Shown here piece after piece: positions 49,032-58,553 of a DNA stretch of 64,000 bases. Numbering within the stretch: position 1 is the stretch's first letter; the number at the start of each line of letters is the position of its first letter. The stretch lies in assembly GCA_016715625.1 (NCBI GenBank), contig JADJZU010000007.1:13237-77236 (forward strand). Direction: 5' to 3'. Under the pieces are notes generated by a model. It made no database searches and was not told the DNA's origin. It saw only the letters and a list, made by a program, of their open reading frames with translations. This DNA is from Bacteroidota bacterium (lineage in GTDB: Bacteria > Bacteroidota > Bacteroidia > Chitinophagales > LD1). The position numbers and the translations under genes are program-made.

Positions 49032-50546
49032 TTGCTTTCAATATTTTTTCTACCAGATAATCTTTGCCCAGCAGAAAACTGCAGGTAATCACAGCACTTA
49101 CCGAAACACCCAACACCCCGTGTAAGTTTATGTTCTGCCCGGTTAAATAGAGGTTGTCGATTTTTGTTTTGGGCGAAATCATTGTTTTAAGGGGTTCGTT
49201 GTAATCTCTCAATATGCCATACATGTTGCCATCGGTGCTGCCAATGTAGTCGCGATAGGAGAGGGGAGTGGAGGTGTAATACGATTGGATACTGTTTCGG
49301 AAGCCCGGAAATTTCTTTTCTACCGTTTCTAATAGTTTTTCCGCTTTTCGCTTTTAAATGCCTCGTAACTTTCGCCTCTTTCGTTTTTATGTAGGGTAGT
49401 GTTATGCGTATCGGCCCATTCTTTTACTTCATCAAATTTCATATAGGCCATAATGGTAACCGCTTCGGCATATTCGTTTTGATGCTGTGGCACACACTCA
49501 AAAAAGGCGTAGGTGTAAGGCCAGGTTTGCTCAGTGTAATCGTGGCAGCGCCATACATCCTGTTCGTCAAAGTAATAATAGTTACGGTTTCGGTGTTGGA
49601 ATGTGCCAGGCTTAAGCGTAGCATAAATCACAAAAACCGATATGGAGTTGTCAAGATTCTTTATCCTGTTTCTAAAAACCTGACGGATGGCGTGGCTATC
49701 GGTCAGCTCCAGAGTCTGCTGCGGAGGTATATTGGAAATAAATGTTTCTGCCCTTATTCTTTCTCCGCTTTCCAGCATCAGACTTTTTGCTACTCCATCG
49801 GTAACTTCCAGATGAACCGCTTTTTGTTTTCGTAAAATATCCCCTCCATTTTCTTTAATCACCCGGGCTATGAGCTTGGCAATCTGATCGCCTCCCTGTT
49901 TGCATTTCATAGCACTTTCAATGTAGCTATTGACAACCAGTGCGTGAATATACATGGGTGTTTTGTCGGCTATCCCGGCATAAAGCAGGTTGGTGCCGGC
50001 CAATACTTGCTGCAGTTTTTTATTGCTGGTTATTCCTGCAATAAAATCCCGAACACCGGTAGTAAAAACACTGTTATCCTGATAGGTTCCTTGCGTGCGC
50101 AGGTAGTACATAGGGAAATTGTTGCAGATGCGTTTCATCTCTTCGCAATACCTATGTATAGCCTCCTTTTCTTCCGGAAATTTGTTTCCCAGTATTCGCT
50201 CGAAGTTTTCGTACCCCATGCCATAGGGATATTCATCGTTATCATCTCCAAACAACACCACGTCAAAACCTTCTTCGTCCATCTTTACCAATTCCAGTCT
50301 ATCCATTATACCTAAATACTGAAAAATCTGAAATAGATTATGCCCCTTTTCGAGCCCTCCGATATAGTGAACACCGGTGTCAAAAGTGACTCCATCCCGT
50401 TTAAATGTTTGAAGACTTCCTCCTATCTGCTCGTTCTTTTCTACGATACATACACGCTTGCCTTCTTTCGCCAATATAGCGCCACACACCAAACCCGCCA
50501 GTCCACTGCCTATAATCACGATATCATATTTCTTCTCCATGTTCAT
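49015..50546 (-). pseudogene. NAD(P)/FAD-dependent oxidoreductase (phytoene-desaturase-like), interrupted by one frameshift
   Basis: The N-terminal part (track ORF 49329..50546) has YDIVIIGSGLAGLVCGAILAKEGKRVCIVEKNEQIGG and ends ...YEAFKSEKRKNY-stop. A second frame continues KRKAEKLLETVEKKFPGFRNSIQSYYTSTPLSYRDYIGSTDGNMYGI...LYLTGQN (track ORF 49015..49224). One extra base in the T4 run at 49352-49355 would restore a single ORF of about 510 aa. Confidence 0.7.
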
Positions 50547-53500
50547 ACGCTATTCCATATTTTGCTTTCAGCTCGTTCATTGATTAAAATAATTTTACCA
50601 CCCTCCAGCAGCATCTCTTCCAAGCCTGTCAAAAATCTTTCCTTTTCCGGTAAGTTTTTATTAATAAATATTAGTTCGTTTACTACAAACGAGTCTTGTT
50701 TTTCCAAAACAGCAGTAAATACATCTGTTTGATAAAAGTGGAGGTTGGGTGTAAGCAGATAGCCATTTTTCGCAATGTCTATTTTATGCTCATTTACATC
50801 ATAGCCTGTTACAACTCTGGTTTCACTCAACAGTGCCAGTATGTATGCTACATATCCATAGCTGCAACCCAACACAGCCACCTTCCCATTTTCGGGGATA
50901 AGCCTGTTTAATGCGTCATATTTTTCTGAGTTAAAATGTTGCTTCAGTGCGTATGCAAACACTTCAGGGCCTTTGTATGTATAATTTAATCTTAGCTGTT
51001 GACGGAAATATCCGGCTGTTTCTTTTTCCTTTTTCAGCAACTCGTATTCGTGCTTGAAATGTCGCGAGATCAGTTTTGTTCGTTCGGCATACCCTTCGCC
51101 ATAGGATTTATCATCAGGCGCAATTCGGGGTAAAAACTTCATAGTCATGGAGGCATTCATAACCATAAAATCACCTTTGCGTATAGTATCTCCGGTGCCA
51201 TGCAATACCATTGGAATAATGTCCAGTTTCAGTTTTTCTGCCAGAAAAAATGCTCCCTTGTGGAAGCGCTTTAGCTTCCTGTCGGGTGAACGGGTGCCTT
51301 CCGGAAAAACGACAATGGAATAGCCGTCCTTCACAATGTCTTCAAACTTGTCTATGGCAGGATCTACCCCTTCCATTACCGGATAGTAGTCGGCCAGTTG
51401 CACTACTTTACCAAACACCGGTGAATAATACACCCAGCGATTGGTGAGCAAAATGAGTTTTGGATGCTGCATTACGGTTACCAGAATATCGAGAAAGGAT
51501 TGGTGATTGGCTATGATGATGGCCGGCTTCGAAAAATCCATCCGGTTTTTGTTTACATGCGTTTTGCGCACATTGACCATCATGTAGGTAAGTCCGCGCA
51601 GGCACCAGCACATTAAATGATGCAGCCAAAGTTTTCTTGTTTTTAGTTTTACGAACGGGAGTGCGTAAATCAGGATATAGCCAATGAGAGAGAGCAGCAA
51701 AGACCCTGCTACATAATAGGAAAAGGCAATAATGGTGAGTACCAGCGAACTGATGGTATAAGGCGGTAGCCCTTTATCTTTTCTACTTTGAATCAGTGCA
51801 TTAAACAGGAATGGCTGAACAGTTTGGCCAATCAGCAGCACACAAAAAATGCCAATGATGGAGATGAGGGCAATGGATTGTAGGGCGGGGTGTTTAGCAA
51901 AAATCAGTGCGCCCAAACCAATAATGGTTGTAGCGGCACACAAAATGATAGAGACTTTATGGGAGGCAATGGTCTCTTTTCCTTCGGCATATTTTTTCAT
52001 TAACCCATCGGTGGTAAAAATGCTGAAGTCGTCTCCCAATCCGAAAATGAAGGTGGAGATGATGATATTGATAAGGTTAAAAGGTATATGTAGCAAAGCC
52101 ATAATCCCCAGAATCCATATCCAGGAAATAAGCATGGGTAGAAAAGTGATAATGGTGAGTTCAAGGCTTCCATAGCTCACGAGCAGGGATACAAAAACTA
52201 ATAGGGAGGTGAAAAGCAGAATGCGGTTGAAATCGGAATACAAAATACTAACCAGCGAATTGGTGATTATTTGTTTATCCAGAATTACTGCACTGCTGTT
52301 TTGCAACGAGGCATAAAATTCCTGGCGGGTGGCTTTGTTTACTTTTACTGCATTGAGCACTACTGTATTGTTCGGGTTGCTGAAGAATAACTCGTTGCCT
52401 ACCGAATTTTTAAGTACATCAAAATCTGTTTGACTTATGGGCCTATAGCTGCTGTTCAGTAGACTCTCAAAATGATCAAACGCCTGCGGCCTGAATTTGA
52501 ATTTAGCACCTTCCGATTTTAGTACGGAGAGCACCTGAGTCTTTTTCTCCTCCGTCCAATAGTTATTCCACTGCCTCCACTTTTGCTGCTGTTTGTCACG
52601 GGATGGAAGAAACCAATTGATAGACGAATATTTTTTAACCCAACCTTTCTGTTCCGCCAAGGCCAGCTGCTCGAGCAATTGCTCATTTTGCGCTAAAACC
52701 TGCTCCGCATTTTGTCCGGTAGACGCTATAAACACCGTTTTAGATTTGCTATCCTGCATCACATCCAACTCTTGCTGAGCTTTTTGTAGCGCTTCATCCA
52801 GATAGCTGTAATGATTCATATCGCTGTCAAATTCAACACTTCCTGCTTTCAACAAAAAGAACAGTGTAAGCACAAGGATGGCAACAAACACTTTGCCTTG
52901 ATGCGGAACTGCACCGGACATAAAACGCTCTAATAAGTTTGGGGTATGTATTAAATGCTTTGGATGTTTTTCCTGTGCGAAGTGTGGTAGGAATACGAGC
53001 GCAAAAATGGTAGCTCCGGTCAGGCTGAGTCCGGCAAACAATCCGAAATCGTTGAGGATTTGCGACTGTAGAAAGAGGAGCGAAAAAAACGAACCTACGG
53101 TAGTGAAACTTCCGATAGTCATGGGTTGCCACAAATCGGCAATCGTTTGTTTTACAGAACCGCAGTGTTTGAGGTGACTGAAAAAATGAATCGAATAATT
53201 AATAGCAATCCCCAGTATGATACTGCCTGCGCCCAACGCAATACTGGAGATACTTCCTTTGTAGATACCGATTATGGCCAATGAAAATAGCGCACCGAAA
53301 AGCACTGGTAGCATCATCACCAGCGGCACACGCTTCTGCCGGAAGAAAAAGAAGGTAAAGGCCAGCAGACTCACTACTGTGATACTGAGTGTAAGCAGCG
53401 TATCTCTTCTTAATTGCCGGGCATTGCTAACACCTACGATGGGGCCGCCAAAAAAGATAATCTCCTGACCGGATGGTGCCGCAAAGTTGGAAAGTGATTC

Positions 53501-54187
53501 AAAAAGTAGCTCATTTTTCGAAGTTTCGTTGGCGGTATGCGTAGGCGCAATGAAAAGCACCAGGCTTCGGTTACTATCGCTGAGCATATAACCGTCATAC
53601 AATTGATATTTTTCGTCCAGCGGCAGGGTTTCCAATCGTTTCAATGCCAGCGGTGTGATTCCTAACGGATCATCGGCAATCAATCGTTTGAGTATAAAAC
53701 CCGAAGCAGAAGTGAGTGCCTGATAATTGGCTTCTGTTTTGGCGGCCAAACACTCCGGTGTGCAAAGCGAGTCAATCGTTTTATAATCCTCATCGGTCAA
53801 AAACAAAGGGAGGTTATGATGAATGGCTTCATACACTTCGGTGGCCGATTCGTCATCCACCCGTATCTTTATATCAGCAATGCTTTCGGCACAGTTTTGC
53901 TGTAGCCATAGCACCAGGCTGTCTGCAGTGGCTATCAGCGCTTCTGTTTCTGTTTGCTCGTTGCCGCGTATTTTTACAATTATCTTATCGCCCAGTTTCG
54001 ATTGTTTAAGCAAATCGTTGATCTGCTGCGCTTGCTGCCCGTTAGGTAATATTCGGGTAATGTCTTCTTCAATGTGAACACGAAAAGCCAAAATGCCCAG
54101 AACAGCAAAGCATGTCAGTGCACACGCATACAGCAAAGGTCTTCGCTGCTCAAAAAAGGAATATGTGGCTAATAGAATACGCTCCAT
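50543..54187 (-). CDS. Trifunctional fusion: MMPL/RND-like exporter + lysophospholipid (PlsC-type) acyltransferase + SAM-dependent methyltransferase-like domain
   Basis: The 1214-aa product has about 780 aa with two blocks of TM helices separated by large soluble loops, fitting MMPL architecture. The acyltransferase motifs are NHQSFLDILV (HX4D) and VVFPEGTRS. The C-terminal ~200 aa carry VAVLGCSYGYVAYILA...GYDVNEHKIDIA, resembling methyltransferase motifs I and II. The stop overlaps the next gene's start as ATGA. Confidence 0.8.
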   Translation of the reverse strand: MERILLATYSFFEQRRPLLYACALTCFAVLGILAFRVHIEEDITRILPNGQQAQQINDLLKQSKLGDKIIVKIRGNEQTETEALIATADSLVLWLQQNCAESIADIKIRVDDESATEVYEAIHHNLPLFLTDEDYKTIDSLCTPECLAAKTEANYQALTSASGFILKRLIADDPLGITPLALKRLETLPLDEKYQLYDGYMLSDSNRSLVLFIAPTHTANETSKNELLFESLSNFAAPSGQEIIFFGGPIVGVSNARQLRRDTLLTLSITVVSLLAFTFFFFRQKRVPLVMMLPVLFGALFSLAIIGIYKGSISSIALGAGSIILGIAINYSIHFFSHLKHCGSVKQTIADLWQPMTIGSFTTVGSFFSLLFLQSQILNDFGLFAGLSLTGATIFALVFLPHFAQEKHPKHLIHTPNLLERFMSGAVPHQGKVFVAILVLTLFFLLKAGSVEFDSDMNHYSYLDEALQKAQQELDVMQDSKSKTVFIASTGQNAEQVLAQNEQLLEQLALAEQKGWVKKYSSINWFLPSRDKQQQKWRQWNNYWTEEKKTQVLSVLKSEGAKFKFRPQAFDHFESLLNSSYRPISQTDFDVLKNSVGNELFFSNPNNTVVLNAVKVNKATRQEFYASLQNSSAVILDKQIITNSLVSILYSDFNRILLFTSLLVFVSLLVSYGSLELTIITFLPMLISWIWILGIMALLHIPFNLINIIISTFIFGLGDDFSIFTTDGLMKKYAEGKETIASHKVSIILCAATTIIGLGALIFAKHPALQSIALISIIGIFCVLLIGQTVQPFLFNALIQSRKDKGLPPYTISSLVLTIIAFSYYVAGSLLLSLIGYILIYALPFVKLKTRKLWLHHLMCWCLRGLTYMMVNVRKTHVNKNRMDFSKPAIIIANHQSFLDILVTVMQHPKLILLTNRWVYYSPVFGKVVQLADYYPVMEGVDPAIDKFEDIVKDGYSIVVFPEGTRSPDRKLKRFHKGAFFLAEKLKLDIIPMVLHGTGDTIRKGDFMVMNASMTMKFLPRIAPDDKSYGEGYAERTKLISRHFKHEYELLKKEKETAGYFRQQLRLNYTYKGPEVFAYALKQHFNSEKYDALNRLIPENGKVAVLGCSYGYVAYILALLSETRVVTGYDVNEHKIDIAKNGYLLTPNLHFYQTDVFTAVLEKQDSFVVNELIFINKNLPEKERFLTGLEEMLLEGGKIILINERAESKIWNSV

Positions 54188-54276
54188 GTGCTTCGAGGGC
54201 GAATATGCAAAAAAAAGGTGCAGCCACTTACCTCTTCTTGTTCCGGCTGCTATGGGTGAGCGTTGTTATTTCTTTT

Positions 54277-54292
54277 TATGATTTTTATCAAA
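54277..54292. promoter_or_regulatory. Candidate CRP/FNR-type operator S1 (TATGATTTTTATCAAA)
   Basis: The core is TGAT-N4-ATCA. The site lies in the divergent intergenic region between the MMPL-fusion gene (start 54187, minus) and the WG-repeat gene (start 54372, plus). Confidence 0.4.
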
Positions 54293-54371
54293 GAAAATTA
54301 ATGGACGATGCTTACTTTTGTGCTATCAACAGAAACAAAATCTATATTAGCATCGCACAAAAAATAAGCAC

Positions 54372-54839
54372 ATGAAACATTTAGCATCCTTTTTACTTCT
54401 GGTGGCCGCTCTATCATTAAATGCCCAGGAAATTACGCAGCAATACGACAAGATTGACAAATTTGACCAGGGAGTTGCGGTAATGTGGAAGAACGGCAAG
54501 TGCGGTTTGGTGTCACAAACAGGTAAAGAGATTATCAAACCGCAATTCGACAACATTGGTCGGTTTGGGAGAGATGGAATCGCTTATACCCACAAAAACG
54601 GCTTAATGGGTTTGGTGAACATGACAGGCAAAGTGATAGTTGACAACATTTATGGCGACATTGGTCGTTTCAATGGGTTTTGGGCAATCACTCGAAAAAA
54701 CGGGCTTGCCGGTATGATAAACAAACAAGGTAAAGTGCTTATTGAGAACAAGTACGAATCCATTAAAGTGGAGAAAGGTGGCATCATCCGAGGAGTGATT
54801 GGCGGTAAAGAAGTTATCCTTACGTTAAAAGACGAGTAA
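54372..54839 (+). CDS. WG-repeat (KWG-like) secreted protein
   Basis: The product has a signal peptide. It has three to four repeats of the type KNGKCGLVSQTGKEIIKPQFDNIGRF, KNGLMGLVNMTGKVIVDNIYGDIGRF and KNGLAGMINKQGKVLIENKYESI. Confidence 0.7.
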   Translation: MKHLASFLLLVAALSLNAQEITQQYDKIDKFDQGVAVMWKNGKCGLVSQTGKEIIKPQFDNIGRFGRDGIAYTHKNGLMGLVNMTGKVIVDNIYGDIGRFNGFWAITRKNGLAGMINKQGKVLIENKYESIKVEKGGIIRGVIGGKEVILTLKDE

Positions 54840-54865
54840 CTACGATTTAAAATTTTTTTTAAAAG

Positions 54866-54896
54866 AGGTCACCCAAAGCTGGTGACTTCTTTTTTT
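54866..54896 (+). terminator. Rho-independent terminator after the WG-repeat gene
   Basis: The stem pairs GGTCACC (54867-54873) with GGTGAC (54881-54886). It is followed by TTCTTTTTTT. Confidence 0.6.
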
Positions 54897-54952
54897 ACCC
54901 GATTTTTAGTTCTTTGTAAATCAGTCGATTAGGTCTTTAGAGTTTTTGTTTT

Positions 54953-54968
54953 GGTGATTTATATCATC
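54953..54968. promoter_or_regulatory. Candidate CRP/FNR-type operator S2 (GGTGATTTATATCATC)
   Basis: The site is centred about 61 bp upstream of the regulator gene's ATG at 55022. It matches S3 at 14 of 16 positions. Confidence 0.45.
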
Positions 54969-55021
54969 ATTTCTGATTTCCTCTTTTTTTTAACATTGCC
55001 AACACAAACATCTGTTAGCAA

Positions 55022-56080
55022 ATGCCTAAAATCCTACTCATTGAATCTTCGAAGGATTATCGAAACTCCATCACCGAGATACTGACCATGGCCGGATATG
55101 ATGTGATAACTGCTGCGGATGGAAAAACCGGCTTTTCCACTGCCGTCAGAGAAGTTCCGGATTTGATTATCTGCGATGTTTTAATTCCCCTTCTTGATGG
55201 CTATGGAGTTTTGAAATTGGTGAGCCACGAACCGGTACTGAGCGCTATTCCATTTATTTCGCTTACCCATAAAACTGAATGGGCAGAAATGCGTAAACTT
55301 ATCACCTTAGGGGCAGATGATTACCTCAGTCGGGATGCCGATAGTTCAGATTTGCTGTTAGCGGTGGAAGCACAAATAGCAAAAAGCCGAAGGATGAAAG
55401 CTGATCGAATAGCTAATGGAAGTGAACAGGCCAGAGAAGTTTTGCAATCCAAGCACGTTAGCCTGCTCCATTTTGTTGGAAACGGACGAGATAAAAGACG
55501 GTTCAAGAAGAAACAGATTATTTATTCGGAGGGGGAACGAAACGGGTATCTCTACTTTGTGTTGAGTGGTAGTGTGAAATGTTTTGTTACCAGTGATCAG
55601 GGTAAAGAATTGATTACAGACTTTTTTACCGAAGGCGATTTTTTTGGCTTTTATTCATTGATTTCGGGCTTGCCTCATTCCGATTCTGCCGAGGCTATGA
55701 GCGAAACCGAGTTGATTCTGATTCCCAAAAAGGAGTTTACGGAGGTGATGGAAAAGGATAGCACACTCTCCAAAGAGTTTACCCGTATTTTAAATAAACA
55801 AGTAGCCGACCGCGATGATGTTCTCGTTAGCATTGCTTACGATTCAGCCCGAAAACGGGTGGCCAACGGCCTACTTAAAGTCTTCGAAAAGTTTAAAAAG
55901 AAAGCGAATGGGACTAATGAGGTAAATATAGGTCGTACCGATTTGGGCAATATGTGTGGGGTTACCAAGGAATCCACTATTCGTATTTTATCTGACCTGA
56001 AAGAAGAAAAGCTGATTGATATAGTCGACAGCAAGATTATTGTGCTGCAGCAAGACAAACTCCGTAATTTGGTTAACTGA
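55022..56080 (+). CDS. Hybrid transcriptional regulator: receiver (REC) domain + cNMP-binding domain + Crp/Fnr-type HTH
   Basis: The first ~120 aa are CheY-like (KILLIESS, LIICDVLIPLLDG, PFISLT, GADDYLSRD). A cNMP-binding beta-barrel follows (IIYSEGERNGYLYFVLSGSVKC...GDFFG). The C-terminal HTH reads RTDLGNMCGVTKESTIRILSDLKEEKLI. Confidence 0.8.
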   Translation: MPKILLIESSKDYRNSITEILTMAGYDVITAADGKTGFSTAVREVPDLIICDVLIPLLDGYGVLKLVSHEPVLSAIPFISLTHKTEWAEMRKLITLGADDYLSRDADSSDLLLAVEAQIAKSRRMKADRIANGSEQAREVLQSKHVSLLHFVGNGRDKRRFKKKQIIYSEGERNGYLYFVLSGSVKCFVTSDQGKELITDFFTEGDFFGFYSLISGLPHSDSAEAMSETELILIPKKEFTEVMEKDSTLSKEFTRILNKQVADRDDVLVSIAYDSARKRVANGLLKVFEKFKKKANGTNEVNIGRTDLGNMCGVTKESTIRILSDLKEEKLIDIVDSKIIVLQQDKLRNLVN

Positions 56081-56094
56081 TATCTCTACACAAT

Positions 56095-56110
56095 GGTGAT
56101 GTAGATCATC
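56095..56110. promoter_or_regulatory. Candidate CRP/FNR-type operator S3 (GGTGATGTAGATCATC)
   Basis: The site is centred about 101 bp upstream of the ATG at 56204, in the 123-bp intergenic region after the regulator gene. Confidence 0.45.
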
Positions 56111-56116
56111 TCTTTC

Positions 56117-56132
56117 GATGATTCATATCACT
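56117..56132. promoter_or_regulatory. Candidate CRP/FNR-type operator S4 (minus strand reads AGTGATATGAATCATC)
   Basis: The plus strand reads GATGATTCATATCACT. The reverse complement matches the GGTGAT-N4-ATCATC pattern at 11 of 12 specified positions. Its centre is 22 bp from the S3 centre, about two helical turns. Confidence 0.45.
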
Positions 56133-56203
56133 GGTGTGCTGTAGGCTGTTGAGGCACTCCTGGGTTATAATTGCGCTTCACTTAAAACGCAAAATATCAT
56201 CCC

Positions 56204-58519
56204 ATGATTAAAGAAATTACTAAACATCTTTCTAAACTGACATTAGCAGTTTTAATACTGCTAAGTTCAACCGCAGTCTTTGCCGGCACGCAATATGTTG
56301 CCAATCCGGGTATTACATTTGTCGATAATCTTACACAATGGAATGCGGCATTTGCAGCAGCGGGGCCCTCAGCATTACCAGCCTATGATGAGTATTATAT
56401 CGGTTCGGGCAGTGCGATTATTGTTGGTAAAATTACCGGCACCACCAATAACGTAGACCTCACCGGTGGTATTGATAAACGGATTATTATTCAGAGCGGT
56501 GGCGCTTTAGGATTCAGATCGCAGGGTTTTAATGCCTTGCACCTGTCGCCCGCTTCGGTAGTGGAAGTGGAACCAAACGGACAGTTGGGTTTTTACTTGT
56601 TGATTCCTGCCAACTTTGGCGGTCAGGGCAATTCAGCAGGCTCCGATTGGTATGGAAATACCAACGAGTTTCTGTTCTTTACCCCCACTTTCCCGGGCAC
56701 TCCGGGTGCTACCCCTGCTATCAAAGGACCTTATGTGATAGCGCCTACCGGTTTCGGTACGGTGTTAGATGTTTCGGATGCGGGTATCCCAGCACTGTCG
56801 GCTCCTAAAACCAGAATCTGGAATGGTAGTGCCTTTGATTATGACTGGAACAATGCCAATAACTGGGCCCCTGTGCAAACGGCCGGTGGTCCGGTGTTTT
56901 CTGTTCCATCCGGTACTGACGTAGCGATTATACCTGATTCCAATCAATTGGGCGTACCCACCATCAGTTACCCGGAGTTGCAAACACAAAATATAACCGT
57001 TCATGATTTGGTAGTGGAAGATGAAGCGTATGTGGGGATTGATTTTGCCAGTTCGCTCAACGTAACCGGTGATGTGGTGAATATCGGCACTATCTCACTG
57101 CAAGCCGGTGGTGCGTTGAAAGTAGCAGACGCTACCGACTGGGTGGCCAACATAGGCGGAGACTCTATCGGCTTTCTTTATGTAAACCTCAACCTGGCGG
57201 GTCCATCTCCTTGGTTTATGAGTAGTATGTATGTAACCGGAGCACCTTCGGCCTGGGGCTCCAGTTGCGGTGATGCACAGATTGTGCCTACCGCCTGCGA
57301 TGCGCCATCGCTGGGCAGCACTACTTTTTGCACCATGGAACTTAACCAGAGCAACACGGCCACTGCGCTTAACTGTTCTCACTCTTTGTGGAATTATAAA
57401 TCCAGTGGATTGTTTACCCCCGGCAGAGGTTTCTCGTTGTATGCACCTTCCTTCTCGCCTACATGGAGAGGAGCCGACCCGCACACCGATCCGGTATCGT
57501 ATGGTCCGCTGGGGTATTCCAATCTGGGTAATTTGAATTTGCCGGCCGGTTTTGGTGGCACAGTTACTCGTGGCTGGCATATGTTGGGCAATCCTTATTC
57601 TTGCCCTATTGAACTGACCGCAGCCGACAGAGCCGCTATGGGCTTTGAGGGACAAATGCATTTTTGGGATAATGGTTCATGGGTAAGTCCTGCTCCGGGT
57701 GCTACGGTAACAGTAGCGGTAGGTCAGGGCTTTCAGATGCGCGTAGCCGGTGGCGTTGGTGGCTCCGCTACTTTTGCCGTCAACGAAGCGCACCGCAAAA
57801 CAACTACCGGTGTTACCTTCTACAAAACCGAAGAAAACGATGCGTATGTAAACATTACGATTGGTGATGGCGCATTTACTAATAAGGCTTCTGTTTACTT
57901 CGTAGATGGTGCTACCGATGCGTTTGATGGGGCGTATGATGCAAACCGTTTGTTTGGTTTAGTAGAGCGCCCTTATGTTTACACCATTGAGCAAAACGGA
58001 GAGTTTCTTTCTTACAATGCCCTTCCGTTGCTGGTCAGCGGCACGACCAAATCGGTTCCGCTATCGGTGCACATTGGTGTAAATGGCACTCACACGCTTA
58101 CGTTTGATGGTATTGATGCAGCTAACGCTACAGTGGTATTGGAAGATTTAACAAGCGGCAATATGTATCCTGTTACCGAAGGATATGTGCACAGTTTTTC
58201 AGCTCAAACAAGTGATAATCCAAATCGCTTTGTGTTGCACTTTAGCGCAAACGCAGTTTCCGGTATTAAGAACATGAATAATAGCAATGTAACCTTGTTC
58301 CCAAATCCTACTACCGGTCGTGCTACTATCATGCTTAATGAAAATCACGGATTCAATAAAGTAACGGTTCTGGATTTTTCAGGTAGAGTAGTTTATTCAG
58401 AGGCACTTGCTGCATCTGACATGAGCAAAACATTCGAAGTTTCAGGCATGTCAAGCGGTATCTATACGGTGAGACTTACCGGAACAACCACCGCTACACA
58501 GAAGTTAATTAAACAGTAA
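56204..58519 (+). CDS. Large secreted protein with a T9SS type-A C-terminal sorting domain
   Basis: The 771-aa product has the signal peptide LTLAVLILLSSTAVFAG. I recognised no catalytic domain. The C-terminal part reads VTLFPNPTTGRATIMLNENHGFNKVTVLDFSGRVVYSE...GIYTVRLTG...QKLIKQ. Confidence 0.75.
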   Translation: MIKEITKHLSKLTLAVLILLSSTAVFAGTQYVANPGITFVDNLTQWNAAFAAAGPSALPAYDEYYIGSGSAIIVGKITGTTNNVDLTGGIDKRIIIQSGGALGFRSQGFNALHLSPASVVEVEPNGQLGFYLLIPANFGGQGNSAGSDWYGNTNEFLFFTPTFPGTPGATPAIKGPYVIAPTGFGTVLDVSDAGIPALSAPKTRIWNGSAFDYDWNNANNWAPVQTAGGPVFSVPSGTDVAIIPDSNQLGVPTISYPELQTQNITVHDLVVEDEAYVGIDFASSLNVTGDVVNIGTISLQAGGALKVADATDWVANIGGDSIGFLYVNLNLAGPSPWFMSSMYVTGAPSAWGSSCGDAQIVPTACDAPSLGSTTFCTMELNQSNTATALNCSHSLWNYKSSGLFTPGRGFSLYAPSFSPTWRGADPHTDPVSYGPLGYSNLGNLNLPAGFGGTVTRGWHMLGNPYSCPIELTAADRAAMGFEGQMHFWDNGSWVSPAPGATVTVAVGQGFQMRVAGGVGGSATFAVNEAHRKTTTGVTFYKTEENDAYVNITIGDGAFTNKASVYFVDGATDAFDGAYDANRLFGLVERPYVYTIEQNGEFLSYNALPLLVSGTTKSVPLSVHIGVNGTHTLTFDGIDAANATVVLEDLTSGNMYPVTEGYVHSFSAQTSDNPNRFVLHFSANAVSGIKNMNNSNVTLFPNPTTGRATIMLNENHGFNKVTVLDFSGRVVYSEALAASDMSKTFEVSGMSSGIYTVRLTGTTTATQKLIKQ

Positions 58520-58553
58520 ACTGCATTAAGCAGAAAAAATAAAAAATACAGCT

